DNA of 64,000 nucleotides from an uncultured Verrucomicrobiae bacterium. Its GTDB lineage: Bacteria > Verrucomicrobiota > Verrucomicrobiia > Chthoniobacterales > UBA10450. The stretch spans positions 768,001 through 832,000 of the forward strand of contig CAVYXA010000001.1 in NCBI GenBank assembly GCA_963772365.1, in the 5' to 3' direction. This document shows positions 50,818 to 59,056 of the stretch, one piece after another (position 1 is the stretch's first letter; the number at the start of each line of letters is the position of its first letter). A program made the position numbers and the translations under genes. The notes beneath the pieces were generated by a model. It was given only the letters and a program-made list of their open reading frames with translations. It had not been told where the DNA came from and made no database searches.

Positions 50818-51492
50818 TCTCGTCAGCCAGGCGCGGCACCGCGACGGTTGCCGGTTCGCGCAACACTCGTGACGCCAATCGTGAAAGTGAAGTTTCTTCT
50901 GGATTAACCTCAATCAGTTCGCCGCCATTTCGGCTCGCTCGCACTGCCCAATCGATGATGTAGCCAAACGTCGCTGTCGTTCCGATAACAATGACGAAAT
51001 CGCACAGACCGTTCGCGAGAAAACTTTCCACAATGTCGATCTTCCGCGCATCCAGCTGCTCCCCGAACCAAACCACGCCCGGTCGCATCTTCGCGTGGCA
51101 CTGCAAACATCTCGCAACACGCTCCTGCTCCTGCTCGTAATCGCACCGCGAACATCGCGTCACAAAAATGTCGCCGGAATCTGCACCATTTTCTCCTTCG
51201 ACAATCCGGCGCGGGCATGCAGATCGTCCACGTTTTGCGTCACCAACAAAAATTCTGACGCTAAGTTCGACAATTGCGCGATCGCCTTATGTGCCGCATT
51301 GGGCTGCACCGCCCGAATCCACTGACGCCGTTCTCGGTACCATTCCCACACCAGTTCCGGATCGCGGGCGAACGCCTCTGGCGTTGCCAACTGCATCGGA
51401 TCGAGATTTCGCCAGTAGCCATCTTTGCCGCGAAAAGTCGGGATGCCGCTCTCGGCAGAAACGCCGGCGCCGGTGATAACTAGCACACGCAT
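50792..51492 (-). CDS. cobB: Sir2-family NAD-dependent deacylase (frameshift near 51176)
   Basis: TGAGVSAESGIPTFRG, TQNVDDLH; CxxC pairs, RPGVVWFGE, EVNP. Confidence 0.9.
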
Positions 51493-51594
51493 GATGGAAG
51501 GCATTCTCCGAACGTCTTGATAAATCAAACGACTTTACCGCATCGTCGCGACGTCGTTGCTACGCGGTCTCTGCAAATTAGAATAAACCACCCT

Positions 51595-51771
51595 TGTAGG
51601 GCAAGCACATCGCTTGCCTGACGATCATCCCATAAATGTAGCCATGCCTCTGGTGGGCGTCTGCATCATTAAACGATACTCGCACGAACGGCGCGCAGCG
51701 CCGTGGCAACCGGCATAAACTTATCAGCTGGGTTCCAGCCTTTCCTTGGCAGGCGGAGCGCCCGCCCTACA
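51595..51771. repeat. nested REP cluster: family D arms enclosing another GTAG family
   Basis: TGTAGGGCAAGCACATCGCTTGCC ... [TGTAGCCATGCC...GGCGCGCAGCGCCGTGGCAAC] ... GGCAGGCGGAGCGCCCGCCCTACA. Confidence 0.8.
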
Positions 51772-51781
51772 ATGTCTCGTC

Positions 51782-53602
51782 ATGAGCGCGGACGTATCGA
51801 AAATTGGCGACTACGCTTTAATCGGGGATGCCCGATCGGCTGCGCTCATTTCCAGGCGAGGTTCGCTGGATTGGCTCTGCTGGCCGCGATTCGATAGCCC
51901 CTTGATTTTTGGCGCGATTGTCGATCCTAAAATCGGCGGGCATTGGAGTATTCGGCCGACGAGAGATTCCCAAATCAGCCGGCGTTACATTGATAACACC
52001 AATGTGCTGGAAACAACGCTGGCCACTGATTCGGGAAAAATTGTGCTGACCGATTTCATGCCAGTCGCGACCGAGGAGGAAAAAAGACGCCGACTCTGGC
52101 CCGAGCAGGAACTCATCCGGCAAATCAAATGCAGCGATGGTGAAGTGCCCGCCACGATGGAATTTCATCCCCGCCCCGATTATGGCCGGGTTCCGGCAAA
52201 AATTCGTAGAGCAGGAAAATTTGGCTGGCGCACGAATGTGGGAAGAGACGTGCTTTGGTTGCGCAGCGAAATCGATCTCGAGTGCGACGGCGATTCGTTA
52301 TCTGCCCGGACGACGTTGAAATCGGGTGACGTAATTTCTTTTTCGCTGACGTATTCAAGGGAATCGCCGGCTGTACTGCCTCCGTTAGGCGATCTGGTGA
52401 CACAAAAGCTGAACCTCAGCATCAATTGCTGGCAACAATGGTCCGACCAAATCAAATATGACGGGCCCTATCGCAAACAGGTGGTCCGCAGCGCGTTGGT
52501 TCTGTCACTGCTGACTTATGCTCCGTCCGGAGCGCTCGTAGCCGCGGCGACCAGCTCGCTTCCAGAATGCATCGGCGGCGAGCTCAACTGGGATTATCGA
52601 TTCTGCTGGCTGCGCGATGCTGCTCTGGCCGTGCGCGCATTGTTTGCTCTCGGATATGAGACGGATGCCGAAGCATTTGTGAGCTGGCTGTTGCACGCCA
52701 CCCGCCTGACCCGGCCAGAGTTAAAAACTCTCTACGATGTTCACGGGAACTACATCCCAAGGGAGCGCGATCTGGGACACCTGGCCGGTTACAAAAATTC
52801 GCGCCCCGTCCGGCTGGGCAACGCCGCCTCCGAACAATTCCAACTCGATGTTTATGGCGAAGTCATCGACGCAGTGTCGCATTTTATCCAGGGCGATAAG
52901 AAGATCGATCGTGAAACCCAAAAAATGCTGCGGCAATACGGCGATTATGTGTGCCGTTGCTGGCAGGAGCCGGATAACGGCATGTGGGAATCACGCGGCC
53001 CGCGCCAGCAATTTACCCAATCACGCATGCTCTGCTGGGCCGCCCTTGATCGTTTACTCGACCTGGCCAATCGCGGGCATCTGTCGAATTTGAACATCGA
53101 CAAAGTGAGCCGCGTTCGTGACCAGATCCGTAAGGAAATTGAAGTGCGCGGCTGGAATGAGAAATTGCAATCCTACACGCAGGTTTTCGACGGTGACACG
53201 GTCGATGCCAACGCGTTGTTGCTCGTGATTTACGGATTTGCCGATCCGAACTCCGAGCGGATGCAAAAAACGCACGCGCGACTCCGGGAAAAATTGTCGC
53301 CCAAACCCGGCCTCATGTATCGGGACGAAGACAGCCCCAAAAAAGGCGAAGGCGCATTTGGCGTCTGTAATTTCTGGGAAGCAGATTTTCGGGCCCGTGC
53401 CGGCGAGATCGACGAGGCACACCGCGCTTTCAAAGCCGTGCTGGCCTACGCGAGCGATGTCGATCTTTTCGCCGAGGAAATCGATCCCGAAACCGGCGAC
53501 GCGCTCGGGAATTTCCCTCAGGCATTCACTCATCTCGGGCTCATCAACGCCGCGCTCTCCATCAGTGAAGCGGAACAGCGCGCGAACGGAACAGAGCTGT
53601 AG
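51782..53602 (+). CDS. glycoside hydrolase family 15 (glucoamylase/trehalase-like)
   Basis: NWDYRFCWLRD, QLDVYGE, GMWE.R, AEEIDP..GNFPQAFTH. Confidence 0.93.
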   Translation: MSADVSKIGDYALIGDARSAALISRRGSLDWLCWPRFDSPLIFGAIVDPKIGGHWSIRPTRDSQISRRYIDNTNVLETTLATDSGKIVLTDFMPVATEEEKRRRLWPEQELIRQIKCSDGEVPATMEFHPRPDYGRVPAKIRRAGKFGWRTNVGRDVLWLRSEIDLECDGDSLSARTTLKSGDVISFSLTYSRESPAVLPPLGDLVTQKLNLSINCWQQWSDQIKYDGPYRKQVVRSALVLSLLTYAPSGALVAAATSSLPECIGGELNWDYRFCWLRDAALAVRALFALGYETDAEAFVSWLLHATRLTRPELKTLYDVHGNYIPRERDLGHLAGYKNSRPVRLGNAASEQFQLDVYGEVIDAVSHFIQGDKKIDRETQKMLRQYGDYVCRCWQEPDNGMWESRGPRQQFTQSRMLCWAALDRLLDLANRGHLSNLNIDKVSRVRDQIRKEIEVRGWNEKLQSYTQVFDGDTVDANALLLVIYGFADPNSERMQKTHARLREKLSPKPGLMYRDEDSPKKGEGAFGVCNFWEADFRARAGEIDEAHRAFKAVLAYASDVDLFAEEIDPETGDALGNFPQAFTHLGLINAALSISEAEQRANGTEL

Positions 53603-53694
53603 GGGGAGCTGACAGCTTCCCCAATAAGCCAAATGTCCATCGGGCTCCCGACCCCAAGCTTGAATCACGTTAACCAAGGCCGCTATGTTGCGTC

Positions 53695-54171
53695 ATGAAC
53701 TGGACAAGCTGGCTACTGTGGGGATTCATCAGCACGATCGTGCTCGAATCGATCCAGGCCGGAAGTCAGGGAGTCGGCATCACTCGAATGAATCTGCCGT
53801 ATCTGCTCGGGACAATGTTCACCCCCGATCGCGACCGGGCGAAATTGATCGGAATCTTTCTGCATTTCCTGAATGGCTGGATTTTTTCGCTCATCTACGC
53901 CGCCGCGTTTCAATCATTGGGAAGATCGACATGGTGGCTCGGCGCATTATTCGGACTCGGCCAGGCGATCTTCGTTTTGGCCGTGGCGTTGCCCATTCTT
54001 CCCGCAGTACATCCGCGAGTCGCCAACGAACAATACGGCCCGACTGTTCAGCGCCAATTGGAACCACCCGGCTTTTTGGGATTGCATTACGGAATCCGCA
54101 CCCCGATCTCGGTCGTAATTGCCCACACCATCTTCGGCATCATTCTCGGCGCTTTTTACGTCGTAAAATGA
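53695..54171 (+). CDS. membrane hypothetical protein
   Basis: Four TM helices; HPRV..LEPPGF. Confidence 0.7.
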   Translation: MNWTSWLLWGFISTIVLESIQAGSQGVGITRMNLPYLLGTMFTPDRDRAKLIGIFLHFLNGWIFSLIYAAAFQSLGRSTWWLGALFGLGQAIFVLAVALPILPAVHPRVANEQYGPTVQRQLEPPGFLGLHYGIRTPISVVIAHTIFGIILGAFYVVK

Positions 54172-54196
54172 ATGGGCAACTCGTGTCGCCATATCA

Positions 54197-54400
54197 TGTC
54201 ATTCTGAGCGAAGCGAAGAATGAAGCGAACGGGATGAACGACATGGACCGTAAGACCGTGAGGGTAACGGCGAGTGAGTCGGGAGACGAACGAGTTCAAT
54301 CTCCAATCTTTTCCATGGCTCCGCGAGAGGCAAATGAATCGAGAGGTTTCCAGGCTTCGCCTAAAGCTACGACCTGGCAAACGCTCCGCTCAACACCACA
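54197..54400. repeat. composite family B repeat with an ~80-nt internal module and a nested family E element
   Basis: TGTCATTCTGAGCGAAGCGAAGAAT...; 54197-54303 nearly identical to 58658-58765; nested CCAGGCTTCGCCTAAAGCTACGACCTGG at 54350. Confidence 0.85.
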
Positions 54401-54470
54401 ATCGGTCGACACCTTAATGAGCTTTTCAAGCGGTCGCAAAAGCAACGGTGGGACAACCAACTTTTCCTGT

Positions 54471-54536
54471 TTAGGCCGAATTTATCCATCTGTAATCGGA
54501 TTAGGCCGAAAAATTCGGTATAAATCTAGTTAGGTC
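54471..54536 (+). other. attI-like integron recombination site
   Basis: Core GTTAGGT at 54529 directly before the cassette ATG; direct repeats TTAGGCCGAA at 54471 and 54501; inverted TTCGGTATAA; no attC palindrome upstream. Confidence 0.6.
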
Positions 54537-54537
54537 T

Positions 54538-55113
54538 ATGGACACGCTGACTGCCATTGTGGAGCTGGTAAAGGCGCTTGCATGGCCCGCAAGCGCGTTC
54601 GCTATCGTCTTCCTTTTGCGCCGCGCGATCCTTCGGCTGATGGACTCGATTCGCGAAGGCCGCGTCAAATACAAGGATGTCGAATTCACCTTTAAGCGCG
54701 ACCTTGAGCAAGCTCGAGAATCAATCAAAAAGATCGAGACAATTTCCTCCCCCGCTTTACCCGCTCCGAAAGAGCCAGAGATCGATGATCTCATGGCTCT
54801 CGCGGAGCTTTCGCCACGCGCCGCGGTGGTCGAGGCGTGGATACGCCTCGAAGCCGCAGGCGCAGAGTTTGCTCGGAAGCACGCCCCAGCCGAGGCATCG
54901 AGGCAACGAAGGCCGTCGGTGTATCTAGATGTGCTTCGGCGCCATGAATCGGTTCCCACCGCCGTCATGACGGCTATTCAGAAGCTTCGCGACATCAGAA
55001 ATCGGACAGTGCATACACCTGAGTTCCAGCCTTCGGTGGACGATGCAGAAGAGTATGTGTTGCTTACTTTCGCAGTCGTTGAAGATCTCCGGCGAATCAC
55101 CGAACAGACCTAA
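54538..55113 (+). CDS. integron cassette 1: N-terminal TM plus HEPN-like domain
   Basis: ALAWP TM helix; LRDIRNRTVH (RxxxxH); stop lies inside the inverse core GACCTAAC, which complements GTTAGGTC at the cassette start. Confidence 0.75.
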   Translation: MDTLTAIVELVKALAWPASAFAIVFLLRRAILRLMDSIREGRVKYKDVEFTFKRDLEQARESIKKIETISSPALPAPKEPEIDDLMALAELSPRAAVVEAWIRLEAAGAEFARKHAPAEASRQRRPSVYLDVLRRHESVPTAVMTAIQKLRDIRNRTVHTPEFQPSVDDAEEYVLLTFAVVEDLRRITEQT

Positions 55114-55230
55114 CCATGCGATGCAGCCAACCACTGGCCGGCGTACGGCGGAGATTTTCATGACTCAAACCTCTTATTCCGGTGCCACGCGCGCTCTCGC
55201 CAGCGGTGGCTGATCTTGGTCTCGTTAGGC
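55108..55230 (+). other. attC site 1
   Basis: ACCTAAC...GTTAGGC; imperfect palindrome CAGCCAACCACTGGC/GCCAGCGGTGGCTG. Confidence 0.9.
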
Positions 55231-55240
55231 CTCATCGGAC

Positions 55241-55645
55241 ATGAATACGATTACAGATATTGAAACACTCTACGCCCGTTTAGGCGAACGCGACTACGAA
55301 GCGGTGATGTCGTATTTGGCTGACGACATTGTCTGGATCGTGGCTGACAATTCGCCATTGGCGGACCGCAGCCCGTATCACGGGATAGCGGCGGTGCGCT
55401 CAGGCATTTTCGAACGCTTAACGGCGGGTTTTGACAAGCTCGTCTTTAACGTGGACGATATCTTTGAGTGCAACGGCGGCGAGAGAGTTGTGGCTCTCGG
55501 CTACTATCACTTCAGATTTCACGGGCAAGGCCAGGAACGCAAAGCACAGGTCGCCCACGTCTGGACGATCCGCGACGGTCGGGCCGTAAAATTTCAGCAA
55601 TATCTCGACACGCTCCAAGTCGCACGTGATGCGGGAGCTGTCTAA
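55241..55645 (+). CDS. integron cassette 2: SnoaL/NTF2-like protein
   Basis: LADDIVW, YHG, VAHVWTIRDG..FQQYLDT. Confidence 0.88.
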   Translation: MNTITDIETLYARLGERDYEAVMSYLADDIVWIVADNSPLADRSPYHGIAAVRSGIFERLTAGFDKLVFNVDDIFECNGGERVVALGYYHFRFHGQGQERKAQVAHVWTIRDGRAVKFQQYLDTLQVARDAGAV

Positions 55646-55739
55646 GGCGCTCCATGCACTCATCTAACCCCTATGAAGGGTGTCAAAGATAAGTTTTGAG
55701 GATGACGGTTACATTGGTTTGTCAGGTTGTGGGGTTGAA

Positions 55740-55950
55740 CTTGGGTAGGAACGCTTCCGCTTTTGGTGCGCGCTTTGGATTGTTCAGCGGCTGATACTCC
55801 TATCCGCGCATGTCGATGTTAATTTTGACAGCGCAATGTGACTTATTCCGTCTCGACTGAAGCGGAACTTTGGCGCGGTCCAATCTAAAGCGACGAAGCT
55901 CGTCGTTTTAACGGTTCAGGTTAGATCCCGGACACGCGCCACGTTCCAAA
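55740..55950 (-). ncRNA. candidate bridge/seekRNA of the IS1111 element
   Basis: Nested stems plus 7-9-nt matches to the target and the circle junction (see findings). Confidence 0.6.
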
Positions 55951-55974
55951 ACTGTTCCCCTCGAACTTGAGTAG

Positions 55975-57078
55975 TTAATTAATTAGGCCGAGCCGGGCTG
56001 CGCTACAGCGTCCGGTGTGCACGCGCCACAGATCGACGGCCAAATGCCGGGCCACAGCGACGATGGCTTTTTTGCGTTGTGCGCCGGTGGCGGGCGCGTC
56101 CTTTGCCAGGATAGCGAGCCGTTTTTTAACTGGTGGATATTGCGGCTGGAAACGCACCATGCGCCAGGCGCACTCGACCAGCGCGGCTCTTAGCCGCGGG
56201 TTGCCTCGTTTGGTCACACTGCCCGCAACTCGTTTACTCCCGCTGCTGCGCTCGCCGGGACACAGTCCGGTGTAAGAACTGATCGCGCGCCGATTGTTAA
56301 ACCGGTGCCAATTACAGATCTCGCGAGTGAGCACCACGCTGGTGAGTTTGCCGATCCCGGCCGGTATGCAAGCCTCCGCCGCCGCTTCCAATTCACTGGT
56401 TAGGGCGTTAATTTGCTCCTCTAAACTCAAAAGAGCGGGTCGTGCCACATCCAGCCGTAGCCTGATCCAGACCGGCAGATGTTTGCCCAATCGGCTCCAG
56501 GTCTGTTGTTTCCACCAATGAGCCGGCGCTGCCAGCGCGTGATTGATTAGCAGCGAGCGCCCTTGGGCTTCGAGCTTCTGCCGATGATGCACCAGTTGTC
56601 CACGCTGACGCGAAACATGCCGGGCCTGTTCTTCTTCTTCGCTCGGCACCCGAATCACGGCCAGTTCCCAGGTGTTGCCTTCCACATAACGCGAGAGCCG
56701 CTGACACAACGTCAGAGCATCGCGCGGATCGGTTTTTATTCCCGTGCCCTGTTCGTCGAGTTTGCGCGGCGCAATCACGCAGCAATGTGCTCCAGCGGCA
56801 CACAACTGCCGATACAGTCCGAAGCCAAACCCGCACGCCTCATAAACCACATGAACCGTGTGACCCCTTCGCAACACTGCTTCCACCCAGGGAACAAACT
56901 CGGGAGGGGCAAAGCGTCGAGGCGCCTTGGGCAAGAGCTGATCGTATTGGGCCACTACCACATAGACCCGGGCGTGCATGTCCAGTCCAAGCTTGATCAC
57001 CGAGTACGGGAGCTTTACTTTACCAACGGCGCCCTCGGGTGAGGTCGCCCCTTCGTTATGAACGATTGTATTTTGCAT
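55975..57078 (-). CDS. IS110 DEDD recombinase/transposase
   Basis: GLDMH, YEACG, KTDPRDA (D-E-D-D); GLCPGERSSG with catalytic Ser; GNPRLR; AVAR. Confidence 0.95.
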   Translation of the reverse strand: MQNTIVHNEGATSPEGAVGKVKLPYSVIKLGLDMHARVYVVVAQYDQLLPKAPRRFAPPEFVPWVEAVLRRGHTVHVVYEACGFGFGLYRQLCAAGAHCCVIAPRKLDEQGTGIKTDPRDALTLCQRLSRYVEGNTWELAVIRVPSEEEEQARHVSRQRGQLVHHRQKLEAQGRSLLINHALAAPAHWWKQQTWSRLGKHLPVWIRLRLDVARPALLSLEEQINALTSELEAAAEACIPAGIGKLTSVVLTREICNWHRFNNRRAISSYTGLCPGERSSGSKRVAGSVTKRGNPRLRAALVECAWRMVRFQPQYPPVKKRLAILAKDAPATGAQRKKAIVAVARHLAVDLWRVHTGRCSAARLGLIN

Positions 57079-57383
57079 AGTGCGGGTGAGCTTAACCACT
57101 CGCCCGCACCCTTACATGCCATCTAGCCGGTCCAGCCGATCGCGAGCCGTTCCGATTTCTAGCTTTGCGTCAATCCTCCACACTTTCTTTGGTGTCACGC
57201 GCGGTTCCGCTCGCCGTCGCTCAGCTCCGTCTCGTTAGATGTTCTGACTACAACAAGATGGCGGGTCGAGCCGAACTGGCCTAGCGACCTGCTCCATCAT
57301 GCCGGAGTTTTGTGAATAACTCGCGAAATTGCAAAACTTGGTGATTGACTTGCCGGGCGTTTCCGTCCGAAATCGCTCGCATT

Positions 57384-58007
57384 GTGAAAACTCCCTCAAC
57401 AATCCTTTTCAGTTTGCTGGGTGTTCTCGTGGTCGCCTTTGCGACTCCGGCGTCGGCCAATCTCATCGTTAATGGTGGTTTCGAAACCGGCGATTTCACC
57501 GGCTGGACCCAAGCAGACAATACCGCATTGACCGGTGTAAGTGCAGGTGCAGCGTACTCAGGGAATTTTGGAGCTTATATGGCGCCGCCAGATTCGACCG
57601 GTACTCTCTACCAGGAGTTCGCGACGGTTGCCGGCGCTTTCTATGATTTGACTTTCTACCTGCGCAACAGCGGAGGTGGAACTGGCCCCAACGTTGATGG
57701 GGAGCCCGTTGACTTTCGGGTTGCTTTTGCTGGAAATTTTGTCCCAGGAGGGGATGTCTCGGATGTGGGAAGTTCTTTCACGCAATATACCTTTACTGTC
57801 CAGGCGACCAGCACGTCCACGCGTCTCGAATTTGTCTTCCGGAACGATTCTGACGTTTTCAATCTCGACGATGTCTCGGTAGAACTGCACCAGACCAGCG
57901 GTGTCCCCGAAACGGGCAGCAGCGCGTGGCTAATGGCTCTGGCGTTGGCGGGACTCTTCGGAGCGCACCGCATTTTTGGGCGCGCCGCCAGACACGTGCC
58001 AGCGTAG
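57384..58007 (+). CDS. VPDSG/PEP-CTERM-type exosortase substrate with a CBM-like domain
   Basis: Signal peptide, NLIVNGGFETGDFTGW, LDDVSV, C-terminal VPETGSS, TM helix and basic tail. Confidence 0.85.
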   Translation: MKTPSTILFSLLGVLVVAFATPASANLIVNGGFETGDFTGWTQADNTALTGVSAGAAYSGNFGAYMAPPDSTGTLYQEFATVAGAFYDLTFYLRNSGGGTGPNVDGEPVDFRVAFAGNFVPGGDVSDVGSSFTQYTFTVQATSTSTRLEFVFRNDSDVFNLDDVSVELHQTSGVPETGSSAWLMALALAGLFGAHRIFGRAARHVPA

Positions 58008-58142
58008 CTTTCGAAATCCTGGAACGCTGAGATTCTGAAAAGTCGCGGGATCGGCGTTTGAGTCGACGATCAGAGCGCGAAATTCGTGCGGGCCGACGGA
58101 CCGCCGTGAATCAGGGCTGAACGATGAATTATTAGGGATCAA

Positions 58143-58628
58143 ATGAAACCCGCATGCGCCCTCATCCGCCGTCGCTTCACTGGCCGAACAGTCAGAGTGA
58201 GTAGAATTTCCTGCGTGCGGAATAGATTGTCATGCAAACAAATAGGTCTCGTCGCCGCGCTGTTGCTTTGTAGTTGCAGTACACAGCTCCCTTTCGAAGG
58301 CGACCCAATGCCGCCGAACCAGGTCGCGACTTTTATGAAAGTGGCTACCCCTGCGAGCAAATATGACACCGCACCGAAATTTCTGCGCGGTTTTGCGCCG
58401 TTTTCCCCAGAGGGGGCGGCGCAGCACGGTCAGTGGGGCTACGCTGAAGTTGATTTCGTCGTCCGCCCCGATGGCTCGACGCGTAATGTCCGAATGGTTC
58501 AGGCAACTGCTTACGATTTCGCCCAGGCAGCGGCGCTAGCCGTACAAAAATGGAAGTTTAGTCCCGCAACGAAGAACGGTCGCCCGGTAGCAGTCCGGGT
58601 TCGGTTGCCATTCACGTTTCGTTCGTAG
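58143..58628 (+). CDS. TonB C-terminal domain lipoprotein
   Basis: LLLCSC lipobox; VDFVV..DG, AVQKWKFSPA.KNG.PV; real start probably downstream of 58143. Confidence 0.8.
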   Translation: MKPACALIRRRFTGRTVRVSRISCVRNRLSCKQIGLVAALLLCSCSTQLPFEGDPMPPNQVATFMKVATPASKYDTAPKFLRGFAPFSPEGAAQHGQWGYAEVDFVVRPDGSTRNVRMVQATAYDFAQAAALAVQKWKFSPATKNGRPVAVRVRLPFTFRS

Positions 58629-58657
58629 CCGCTCCCTGGAACTGGAACAGCCCATCC

Positions 58658-58791
58658 TGTCATTCTGAGCGATGCGAAGAATGGAGCGAACGGGATGAAC
58701 GACATGGACCGCAAGGCCGTGAGGGGTAACGGCGAGTGAGTCGGGAAACAAACGAATTCAATCTCAATCCATTTCCTAGCTCAACATGACA
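58658..58791. repeat. composite family B repeat, copy 2
   Basis: Nearly identical to 54197-54303; ends GCTCAACATGACA. Confidence 0.85.
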
Positions 58792-58812
58792 ACCTGCTGA
58801 AACCAAAAAAAG

Positions 58813-58886
58813 CGCGCCCGAGAGGATTCGAACCACTAACCTTCTGATCCGTAGTCAGATGCTCTATCCAGTTGAGCTACGGGCGC
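58813..58886 (-). tRNA. tRNA-Arg(ACG), CCA not encoded
   Basis: Reverse complement GCGCCCGTAGCTCAACTGGATAGAGCATCTGACTACGGATCAGAAGGTTAGTGGTTCGAATCCTCTCGGGCGCG. Confidence 0.96.
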
Positions 58887-59056
58887 CCGTTTCGAAAGAG
58901 CGTTTAATTTGCGGAGATACGCGGAAGCGTCAAATCCACACCCGTTCTGAAAACGTCTCGACGAACACCGAATCATTCGATACGGAACCGCCAAATTATT
59001 GATTCACCTGGCGGGCACAAACTGTGCATTATTCCGGCCATTCAAAATCCTGATTT

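Larger units (their letters stand above)
55670..57124 (-). mobile_element. IS110 family, IS1111-type insertion sequence in attC
   Basis: Subterminal IRs ATGAAGGGTG (55673-82) and CACCCTTACAT (57107-17), 3 and 7 nt from the inferred ends; long 3' non-coding region; no target duplication. Confidence 0.88.
55662..57240 (+). other. attC site 2, split by the IS (55662-55669 plus 57125-57240)
   Basis: Removing 55670-57124 gives ATCTAACCAGCCGGTCCAGCCG...GTCTCGTTAGAT, with the same spacing as attC1. Confidence 0.85.

Noticed and set aside
54222..54300. Hammerhead or other known ribozyme in the 80-nt module
   Set aside because: No CUGAnGA...GAAA core on either strand
54172..54470. Integron integrase or its remnant upstream of the attI-like site
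   Set aside because: The interval is filled by nested repeats, and no tyrosine-recombinase motifs are visible in the ORFs there
57240..57250. TCTGACTAC after attC2 matching the tRNA-Arg anticodon arm, as a possible att duplication
   Set aside because: Only 9 nt, in inverted orientation relative to the tRNA gene, with no integrase; compatible with chance
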